Part shown: positions 51,742-62,796 of the stretch, piece by piece
Layout of the letters: every line of letters begins with the position of its first letter
Position numbering within the stretch: position 1 is the stretch's first letter
Source: Laetmonice hystrix
Taxonomy: Eukaryota
Assembly: GCA_965235115.1 (NCBI GenBank)
Contig: OZ249436.1
Span: 18,602,001 to 18,666,000 of the forward strand
Reading direction: 5' to 3'
DNA: 64,000 bases
The notes under the pieces: model-generated
The model's input: the letters and a program-made list of their open reading frames with translations, nothing else
The model's database searches: none
Told to the model about the DNA's origin: nothing
Made by a program: the position numbers and the translations under genes

Positions 51742-53021
51742 TTGAGTTTGAGTTTGAGTTCGAGTTTGGTTATTTCAGGAGCAGGCTTGTTTGAGATACA
51801 TTAAGGGATGAGGAAGTTCTAAAATGAACTTATGTACATCCTTATTAAATTACAACATAATATATAACTTAAATGGTGACACAAGCAGAGATACATTAAT
51901 ACGTAATTAAATGACACATCTATAGGGTATAAATGACAGGGTATACAAGCGGTAATACATTGCTAAATAGATAGATACAAAACTATCACAATGGTGTATT
52001 ATAAGTGATGTTGCTAGAGGAAGATAGAATATGTATGTAGAAAATTATAAATAAAACAATGGTGATGATGATGAGGAAAGGAGATGAGAATGAATTAACT
52101 GGCTTCAAGTTTAACAAACAAGTATTGTTTTGTTTTCCGTTTGAAACAATGGATCGAAATATTAAGGTCAATGTTACCCTCTTTCATAAGAATATTTTCG
52201 GAACTTGGAAAAAGAGAGATCGTTCGAGAATTTGTCCTCCTATTGCCGGTAAAATGTAGTGGTCAGGCTGCCGAGTGTTTCTGGTATTTAATTGATATCT
52301 TTTATTAAAAAGATTACATAAGACGCCAGGAGCTAAATTATGATGTATTTTAAACATATAACCAGCAACTGAAAGGTGGTAAATTTGTTCAAGTGGAAGT
52401 ATTTTAGCCTCCTTATATAGTGGTAATGAATGAGTTCTTTGCGGTTTATTAAAGACTAGTCTGATAACTTTCTTTTGAAGAACAAACAATTTGGAAAGAA
52501 GGGTTTTATTTGCCCTACCCCAGACCGTAATACCCATATGAAAGTATGGGTAAAGAAAAGAGTAATATAACCTTATAAGAATATATTGGTCAAGGGTTGA
52601 TCGAGACTTATGAATTATTCCAATTGATTTTGAGACTTTGTTGCAGATATATTTTATATGGGATTGCCATGTCAAGTTAGATTCGATTATATACCCTAAG
52701 AATTCAGTTTGCGTTACCTCTTCGATTGGCTGGCCATTTATTTTTAGTGCTAAGCTCTGGTGAGATAATTTACTGAGATGACATGGAAAGATAATATAAT
52801 TCGTTTTTTTCTATATTAATTGAGAGCTTATTCGGATTTAACAAAGTAACAATCTTGTCTAACTCATTATTAATAACAGATGTTGGATTACTGTTATTTC
52901 TATAAGTGTAGAAGAAATCACTGTCATCTGCAAATAGAATTGGATTCATCATTTTTGATACTTTGGCAAGATCATTTATGTAAATTAAGAAAAAAAGAGG
53001 ACTCAGGAATTGTTGTTTCAA
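51742..53021 (-). mobile_element. 5'-truncated CR1/L2-clade LINE (RT C-terminal part, frameshifted)
   Basis: LSPLFFLIYINDL..LFADD..INNELDKI..NKLSIN (52770-53021) and TWQSHIKYICNKVSKSIGII..LYYSFLYPY..GITVWG (52184-52675); (AAACTC)n tail at 51742-51768. Confidence 0.9.
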
Positions 53022-53689
53022 TTGTCAGCTGCTATTGACGATTGATCACTTTGCATAAATCTTTTCATAAATTTAGCAATAATTTTTAATTTATGATGAA
53101 ATATCTGTAATCTGGCTTTGACAGGCTCTACCTTGAAACGTGTTTAAGATAGACACATACAAATACAAAAATTACAAAGTCTATAGATTCAGGTATACCA
53201 CTGACTGTTTAGTTCTTTTTTTGGAAAGGTAGTCTGGCCAGAATTCTAAGTTTTAATGGATAAGAATGTAAGAATGTAAATATGTTTACACTGACGGTTG
53301 GCATCTCTCAATACACAAACCACCCGCTGTGCATGGCCGGCCGCCTCTCCCTGCCCGGTGTTGGCAGCATTACGTAACTGCTGCTGATAAGGTCGGGCGG
53401 TGACTCCCAGTCAGGATGGGTTGATGTTGATGGACCCTTGTGCTGGGAACAGACTTAATTGAATAGCTAGGCATTTGTATTTATATAAAACTGTAGGTAT
53501 TACTGTCTAATATATTATATTCTTGAATCTTATATTGGAGGAGAGCGGAATAAAACAACACTGATGATATAAGCCGTCTTCTTGAAGTTAAGAGAGAACT
53601 ATTGTCCAGCTGCGCCCTATATTTTCCTTCCAGTCAGGGTGGGGTTGGAGGAATGTGATTGTGTATTCAGAATACACAAAGTGACAATT

Positions 53690-54850
53690 TGCCATAGGGA
53701 AGTGAGCTAATGCTGAGATCACAGTGAGGTCACTTTTTCCTCACAGTTGTGAAGTCGCAATCATTATGATGTCAGTATGATCTCATGAGGTCAGAATGAG
53801 ATATAATTCCGACATCACCCTGATATCACATAAATGTCAGCTGGTGAGATCACACATTGATCTCACAGCAATCCCATAATGGTATCACTATGCGAGAACA
53901 AATAGTGAGATCTTTCTGATGTCAGAATGTTATAAAATTCCGACATCACCTTCATATCATGTAAATCTCAGCTGCTGAGATCACACATTGGACTCACAGC
54001 AATCTCATAATGACTTCACTATGTGAGAACAAATAGTGAGATCTTTCTGTCAGAATGTTATGTGATACATAAATCTCAGCTGGTAAGATCACACATTGAT
54101 CTCACAGCAATCTCATAATGACTTCACTATGTGAGAACAAATATTGAGATCTTTCTGATGTCAGAATGTTATAAAATTCCGACATCACCTTGACATCATG
54201 TAAATCTCAGCTGGTGGCGCTGATATCATTGAGATTAACTAGACTGTCCGAAACACAGTCAATAGGTGAACTTCTAGCGACTTCAAATAATTCACATGTC
54301 ATTCAAAAACAACAGTTACTATTCATTGTGTAACATTACGCTTTATCTTTTCGCTAATTGTGAAAAGAACAATATAGCGACGTAGAGATGATATTTTGTT
54401 TTTAAACAACCCAGTATAGAAAACACCAATTTGAATTTCCGACGGGAAACATCAATAGTGAGGACAGGGGTAAGGGTGTTAAGCGTCAGTGCTTAACTGG
54501 CACAGGAGATACTACAGCGTGCCCACACAATGGTTAGAACTGCCTAAGCCAGGATTTTTTCTAGAATGTCTCTGTGGGAACCCATGAAGGTGGTGCGACA
54601 ACGTCATTTCAAAAATATATTGGTACTGTTATGTCAGAGAGATGTCAAAATGATCTCAGTGTTAGAAGAAATTGAGATCATGGTTAGATTGCTATGAGAT
54701 TGCTGTAAGATCATATTCTTCTAAGGAAAGCCCAATATATTGGTACTGTTTTATGTCAGAGAGATGTCAAAATGATCTCACAGTGAGAGATCAAATGGTG
54801 AGATCACAGTGAAAATATAGCTGTAGGAAAGAAGAAATAGCTATAGGAAA
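53690..54850. repeat. Inserted repeat with ~130-bp tandem units (53790-54215) and GAGATCAC/GATCTCA motifs
   Basis: TTCCGACATCACC...TCAGCTGGTGAGATCACACATTG...GAGAACAAATAGTGAGATC recurs about 3.5 times; a second short duplication at 54616/54735. Confidence 0.65.
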
Positions 54851-55462
54851 GAAAAAATTGATCGTCGGGCGGTAGTCTTGCGCTAGCACTGAAGGGCCTG
54901 CCTGGCGCCGCCTGGCATGGGCACCTCCCTCTATAATCCCCACTCTTTCTTTTTGACGAATTGACAAAAATTATTGTTAGGCTAACTCAAAATACAGCCA
55001 CGGGCCCAGGATTTTCGGCAGAGGGGTCTCCAAAATCGAAATGAAAATGAAAATCGATGTTGATAGATCAACAATATTATTGAAACAGCTATAACTCTGA
55101 AAGGGGGCCCGGTAAAGCTATGGTTACTATTGAAGCTATAATAGGAACATGTTCTTTCAAAAGATACCAAAATCTATTATGTAGGGTGATGTATCACGTG
55201 ACAATGACGTCACTGATAGATGACCAATAATAATTATTGAGGTCATATAGGAAGAAATAATATATGCTCTTTCGATCTACGGGCCTATCGATGACATGGA
55301 GGTAGTCTAACATGATAATGTATCTATGATTTTCATTGCCAGGGGATGGGATACAAGATGTTGGCCCAAGCCACATCGGCGCTAGTTATTATTATTATCC
55401 CATCCCCTATCCAGGGGATGGGATCTAGAAATTGTGTGGTTTCGTCTTCCCTATTATTATTA

Positions 55463-57718
55463 TTATCCCATCCCCTACGGAGGGGATGGGATTTAGAAAT
55501 TGTGTGGTTTCGTCTTCTGTATTATTTTTGGCGTCGTAGTTGTAGTAGTAGTAGTAGTAGTAAACTTGTATGTCTATCTTAGTCAATTTTCAAAATATCG
55601 AAATGAAATTTGGCACACATCTTGACAATGACGAAGTATGGTCAGGCATCGAATCCTGACGTCATGTGACGTCACGTCATAACGTGATGACGTCAAACGT
55701 ATTATGAAAATTGAAGCCATTTTTAAGGTCATATTGGGAATTTTTTTAAAAACCCGTCATGGCCTCATAATCGGCCATAGGTCCTGCCTCAATTTGAGTC
55801 TTGATTTGACCTTTGACCTTTGACCTTAGGGTGAACTGGGTCATTGGTCACAAATCGGTTAAATTGCTTCTCCTTTTCTATGTTTTGGTAAAATTCGACA
55901 ATATTCGGCAGAAACACTCTCTAACGAAAGGTTCACAATACGATTCCAAGGATTAGCGATTTGACCTATTTTCACCGAACCACGTGACTTTGAAGTTTGT
56001 CACTTTTGACATTTTTTTCTAAAACTGCTTTAGTCATATAGGAATCGTGTATTTGGTCAATAGATATGTGCTGCTATTGACGATTTGTCACTTTGCATAT
56101 TTCTTTTCATAAATTTACCAATATCTTTTTTATTTATGATGAAATAATGTAATCTGACGTTGACAGGCTCTACCTTAAACCTGTTTAAGATAGCCATATA
56201 CAAATACAACAATTACAAAGTGTATAGATTCAGGTATACCACTGGCTGTTTAGTTCTTGTTTTGGAAAGGTAATATGGCCAGAATTGTAAGTTTTAATGG
56301 GTATAGTCTTCACAATAATATTTTTGCCGTCTGACAGTTGACATCTCTGAATACACAGATCTCCCACTGTGATGCGGCCGCCGGTCCCTGGCCAGGCCGG
56401 GAGAGAGTACGTAAGTGCTGGTGATAAGGGCCGGCCGGCCGGCCTACTCCCCCTCCCTCCCAGTGAGGGAGGAATATGATTGTGTATTCAGGTTCTATCC
56501 CCCATGATATCTTTCCACGAAATGTTTGGGCAGGGGTTAGGGTTAATGTCAGGGATAGGGGTAGGGTAGGGATATGTTTTGGGGAGGTGTAGGAATAGGG
56601 GTTAGGGGTTAGGGATAAGGTCAGGGCCATGGATCTTTCCTTTCCACCAAATTTCGTGGAGTTTAAGTTATCATGGGCGATATACCTGTATTCAGAACTG
56701 ACTTAGCTGTGCCTTTGAACTGTAGGTGTAACTGCCTAATGCATTTGTTTTTGAATCTTATGTAGGAGAGCTGAATAAAACAATACTACTGATTGTTGGT
56801 TGTGGAGTTCAAGTGACACGACAAGCTTTTGGTCAGCTGCACTTGGTTTAGCCTGAGCCAACAGTCTGGTGTGGATGACATTCGCACCTATTGGTAAAGT
56901 TTCATGATGACTACGTGTTGGCTAAATGGCGAGAGATAGAAGTGAACGAACGGTGTGCACAGTAGACAGGTATATGCAGTCGTCCTGGCGAGCGGCCCAA
57001 TAGATGCAGCAATCACTTGAGCGGGTCTGCGGAGGGACAAGGGGAACGCTCTGTGAGAAATACTTAAGGACTGTTTATAGAAGAGGTACCTTCTCAGTCA
57101 TATAACATGCCAGCTATCGGGCGGCAGCTCTCAATCAAATGAGCCGGTCAGGGGCGGTCAGTTAATTGGACGTGGGCCATCGGCCAATGACCAGTGGCCA
57201 TCCTTTAGACTGGGACTGGGGCAAAAACGTGAACGAGGGGAAGAGCACCAAGAGAGAGAGAGAGAGAGACTAGGGGAGAAGGAGGAGAGAGAGAGCGCCG
57301 ACCGGCGCCGCCGGGCGTGGGCACATCCCTCTATATCCCCACTCTTTTTTTTGAAGAATTGACAAAAAATTATTGTTTGGCTAGCCCCGGGTCCAGGATT
57401 TTCAGCAGAGGGGTCACGGGAAGTCTTTAAAAATTAAAAGCTCTTAGAACAGATTTCCCGCCTTTTAGGGGCCATTTTAGGGCATTATATTTTATGGATT
57501 CATCACTCAACCAGTTATAGCCGGAATGCATGCTCTTTTATTTGAGTCCAAGATTTATTACGTAGTGTGACGTGTCTCCTCATCATTGGCATCTTCTAAA
57601 GCTTATAAGTCATGAACTGTGCAAGATCGAGCCATAGTTTACCCTACTCAGAACATGTCATATATCACGTGACTCCCCGGGGATGGGATCAATTGTGGTA
57701 TCGCCACAACGTGTCTAG
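55463..57718 (+). mobile_element. Complete HINE-like element, TACGGA-loop subfamily (second copy)
   Basis: First ~850 bp nearly identical to 48398-49270; same tail type. Confidence 0.85.
56491..56686. mobile_element. 196-bp MITE with degenerate TTAGGG repeats, 8-bp TSD
   Basis: TIR GGTTCTATCCCCCATGATA / TATCATGGGCGATATACC; TGTATTCA duplicated; empty site in the sister element near 49450. Confidence 0.75.
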
Positions 57719-58212
57719 TTTTTTGCGTAGTAGTAGTAGTAGTAGTAGTCGTAAACAGTACCTCTATCTCAGTCATTTTTTAAGATATCTCAATCAAACT
57801 TGGCACACGTCTTGACCATGACAAAGACAGGTCACACAATCAGTCATGATGTCACGTGACGTCACGTCATGACGTCATGCCGTCAAACGTGTTTGGGACA
57901 TTGAGGGCCATTTTTAAAGTTCATATTTGGAATTTTCAGGATCTATCATGGCGTTGTGATCAGGCAAAGGTCTAGCCTAAAATTGACCCTTCATTTGACC
58001 TTTGACCTTTGACCTTAGGGAGAACTGGGCCCGACCTCACAAATTGGTTAAATCGCTACTTCTTCTTCATTTATTGGTAAAATTTGACAATATTGGGCAG
58101 GAACACTCTCTAACAAGTGTTTTAATAGAAACATCCAAGGATAAGCGATTTGACCTATATTGGCTGAATCACGTGACCTTGAAATTTTCAAAAGTGGCCA
58201 GTTTAGCTATCT

Positions 58213-59200
58213 ATGGCTACAACTTCTAAACAGTGCCAGATAGGGCCATAGTTACTATTGGACACGAATAGGAAGTCATAATGCTCTTTCATTTGGCACC
58301 ATTATTTTTCAGGTCACGTGACCTATGATGTCATAACGATGTCATCAATATTTTCTCAGGGCTATAACTTGTAAATGGTTGAAGATAGAGCCATAGTTAC
58401 TATTAAACACTAATAGGAAGTCATATATGTTCTTTCACTTGACACCATTATTTTTCAGGTCACGTGACCTATGACGTCATAATGATGTCAACCATGTTTT
58501 CTCAGGGCCATCACTTGTAAATGGTTGAAGTTAGAGTCATAATTACTATTAAAGATGAATTGGAAGTCATATATGCTCTTTTATTTGGCACCATTATATT
58601 TCAGGTCACGTGACCTAGGCATGATAAGAATGTCATTCATAATAATTATTTTCTCAAGGATATAGCTTGTTAATGGTTGAAGTTAGAGCCATAATTGCTA
58701 TTAAACACTAATAGGAAGTCATGTATGCTCTTTCATTTGGGACCATTATTTTTTAGGTCACGTGACCTCTGACGTCATAACGATGTCATGCATGTTTTAT
58801 CAGGGATACAACTTGTAAATGGTTGAACATAGAACCACAGTTACTATCAGAAACAAATAGGAAGCCACATATGCTCTTTTTTCTGGCACCGTTTTTAGGT
58901 CACGTGACCTGTGATGTCATAAGGATGGTATCCATATTTTCTCAGGGCTATAACTTGTAAATGGTTGAAGTTAGAGCCATAGTTACTATTAAACACTAAT
59001 AGGAAGTCATATACGCTCTTTCATTTGGCACCATTATTTTTCACGACACGTGACCTATCAGGTCATAATGATATCATCCATATTTTCTTAGGGCTAGAAC
59101 TTGTAAATGGTTGAAGTTAGAGCTATACCTACTATTAAACACTAACACTAACAGGAAGCTATATATATGTTCTTGTATTCGACACCATCATTTTGAATAG
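58213..59200 (+). repeat. ~146-bp satellite array inside HINE body (about 7 units)
   Basis: Unit starts at 58358, 58504, 58656, 58802, 58944, 59090; nearly every unit has AGGTCACGTGACCT and a TGACGTCA-like motif. Confidence 0.9.
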
Positions 59201-59782
59201 CCCTAGATCTCTCTATGAACAAATCAGAACATGGTAGACGGGACCCCCCAGGGGATGGGATCCATTGTGGTTATCACCACAACGGGTCTAGTTTTTTGCG
59301 TTGTAGTAGTAGTAGTAGTTGTAAACAGTACCTCTATCTCAGTCATTTTTCAAGATATCTCAATCAAACTTGGCAGAGATCTTGATCATGACAAAGTCAG
59401 ATCACACAATCAGTCATGACGTCACGTGACATCACGTCATGACGTCATGACGTCAAGCGTGTTTGGGATATTGAGGACCATTTTCAAAGTTCATATTTGG
59501 AATTTCCAAGATCTATCATGGCGTTATGATCAGGCAAGGGTCTAGCCTAAAACTGACCCTTCATTTGACCTTTGACCTTTGACCTTAGGGAGAACTGGGT
59601 GCTAGGTCACAAATCGGTTAAATCGCTTCTTCTTCTTAATTTATTGGTAAAATTTGATAATATTGGACAGGAACACTCTCTAATAAGGGTTTTAATAGAA
59701 TCATCCAAAGATAACCGATTTGACCTATATTCGATGAATCACGTGACCTTGAAGTTTTCAACAGTGGCCAGTTTAGCTATCT

Positions 59783-60620
59783 ATGGCTATAACTTCTAAA
59801 CAGTGCCAGTTAGGGCCATAGTTACTATTGAACACGAATAGGAAGTCATATATGCTCTTTCATTTGGCACCATTATTTTTTAGGTCACGTGACCTATGAC
59901 GTCATAACGATGTCATCAATATTTTCTCAGGGCTATAACTTGTAAATGGTTGAAGATAGAGCCATATTTACTATTAAACACTAATAAGGAGTCATATATG
60001 CTCTATCAATTCGCACCATTATTTTTAAATCACGTGACCTATGACGTCATAACGATGTCATCCATATTTTCTCAGGGCTATAACTTCTAAACAGTGCCAG
60101 ATAGGGCCATAGTTACTATTGAACACGAATAAGAAGTCATATATGCTCTTTCATTTGACACCATTATTTCTCAGGTCACGTGACCTATGACATCATAATG
60201 ATGTCATCCATATTTTCTCAGGGCTATCACTTGTAAATGGTTGAAGTTAGAGCCATAGTTACTATCGAAGACGAATAGGAAGTCATATATGTTCTTTCAC
60301 TTGGCACCATTGTTTTTCAGGTCACGTGACCTATGACATCATAACGATGTCGACAACATTTTCTCATAGCTATAACTTGCAAATGGTTGAAGTTAGAGTC
60401 ATAGTTACAATTAAACACTAATAGGAAGTCATATATGCTCTTTCATTTGGCACCATTATTTTTCAGGTCACGTGACCTATCAGGTCATAACGATATCATC
60501 CATATTTTCTTAGGGCTATAACTTGTAAATGGTTGAAGTTAGAGCTATACCTACTATTAAACACTAACACTAACAGGAAGCAATATAAATACTCTTCATT
60601 TGACACCATCATTTTGAATA
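59783..60620 (+). repeat. ~146-bp satellite array inside HINE body (about 6 units)
   Basis: Unit starts at 59929, 60074, 60220, 60366, 60512. Confidence 0.9.
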
Positions 60621-60769
60621 GCCGTAGCTCTCTCTACTAAATCAGGACATGGTAGACGGGACCCCCCAGGGGATGGGATCCATTGTGGTTATCACCGCAA
60701 CGGGTCTAGTTATTATCCCATCCCCTATCCAGGGGATGGGATCTAGAAATTGTGTGGTTTCGTCTTCCC

Positions 60770-60809
<40 letters not shown>

Positions 60810-61307
60810 TTTTGCGTAGTAGTAGTAGTAGGCGTAAACAGTACCTCTATCTCAGTCATCTTTCAAGATATCTGGATCAAACTTGGCACACATCTTGACC
60901 ATGATAAAGTCAGCTCAGACAATCATTCATGACGTCATATGACGTCACGTCATGACGTCACGTCATGACGTCATGAGGTCAAACGTATTTTGGACATTGG
61001 GGCCATTTTTAAAGTTCACATTGGGAATTTCAAAACCCTATCACGTCATTATAATCAGGCAAGGGTCTTGCCTAAACGTGACCCTTTATTTGGCCTTTGA
61101 CCTTTGACCTTAGGGAGAATTGGGTCCTAAGTCACAAATCGGTTAAATCGCTTCTCCTTCTTCATTTTTTGGTCAAATTTGACAATATTGCACAGAAAGA
61201 CTCTCTAACCAGAGCTTCACCAGAAATTTCCACGCATAAGCGATTTGACCTATTTTCGCTGAATCACGTGACCATAAAGTTTTGAACAGTGGTCAGTTTA
61301 GGTATCT

Positions 61308-62796
61308 ACGGCTATAACTCGTAAACGGTGCCAGATAGGGGCATGGTTATTATTGAACACCAATAGGAAGTATATGCTCTTTCATTTGGCACCAATATTT
61401 TTCAGGTCACGTGACATATGACGTCATAACGATGTCATCAATATTTTCTCAGGGCTATAACTTCTAAATGGTTGAAGTTAGAGCCATAGTTACTATTAAA
61501 CACTAATAGGAAGTCATATATGCTCTTTCATTTGATACCATTCTTTTTAGGTCACGTGACCTATGACGTCATACCGATGTCATCAATACTTTCTCAGGGC
61601 TACAACTTGTAAATGGTTGAAGATAGAGCCAGACTTACTATTAAACACTAATAGGAAGTCATACATGCTCTTTCACTTGACACCATTATTTTTCAGGTCA
61701 CGTGACCTATGACGCCATAATGATGTCAACCATGTTTACTCAGGGCTATCACGTGTAAATGGCTGGGGTTATAGTCATAGTTACTATTGAAGATGAATAG
61801 GAAGTCATATGCTCTTTCATTTAATACCATCATTTTTCAGGTCCCGTGACTTATGACGTCATAACGTTGTCATCAATACTTTCACAGGGCTAGAACCTGT
61901 AAATGGTTGAAGTTAGAGCCATAGTTACTATATTTAACACTAATAGGAAGTCATATGCTCTTTCATTTGATACCATTCATTTTCAGGTCACGTGACCTAT
62001 GACGTCATACCGGCTATAACTTGTAAATGGTTGAAGTTAGAGCCATAGTTACTAGTAAAGACTAGGCCCTAATAGGAAGTCATATATTTCTTTTCGGTGT
62101 AGTATTATGAGTAAACAGTATATCTCAGTCAGTTTTCAAGATATCTCAATCAAACTTGGCACATATATTGACCATGGCAACGTCAGGTCACACAATCAGT
62201 CATGAGGTCACGTGACGTCACGTCATGACGTCATGACGTCATTATTTTTCAGGTCACGTGACCTATGACGCCATAATGATGTCAACCATGTTTACTCAGG
62301 GCTATCACGTGTAAATGGCTGGGGTTATAGTCATAGTTACTATTGAAGATGAATAGGAAGTCATATGCTCTTTCATTTAATACCATCATTTTTCAGGTCC
62401 CGTGACTTATGACGTCATAACGTTGTCATCAATACTTTCACAGGGCTAGAACCTGTAAATAGTTGAAGTTAGAGCCATAGTTACTATATTAAACACTAAT
62501 AGGAAGTCATATGCTCTTTCATTTGATACCATTCATTTTCAGGTCACGTGACCTATGACGTCATACCGGCTATAACTTGTAAATGGTTGAAGTTAGAGCC
62601 ATAGTTACTAGTAAAGACTAGGCCCTAATAGGAAGTCATATATTTCTTTTCGGTGTAGTATTATGAGTAAACAGTATATCTCAGTCAGTTTTCAAGATAT
62701 CTCAATCAAACTTGGCACATATATTGACCATGGCAACGTCAGGTCACACAATCAGTCATGAGGTCACGTGACGTCACGTCATGACGTCATGACGTC
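61308..62796 (+). repeat. ~146-bp satellite array plus a 556-bp tandem duplication
   Basis: Units at 61451, 61596, 61742, 61886; 61684-62239 is repeated almost exactly at 62240-62796. Confidence 0.85.
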
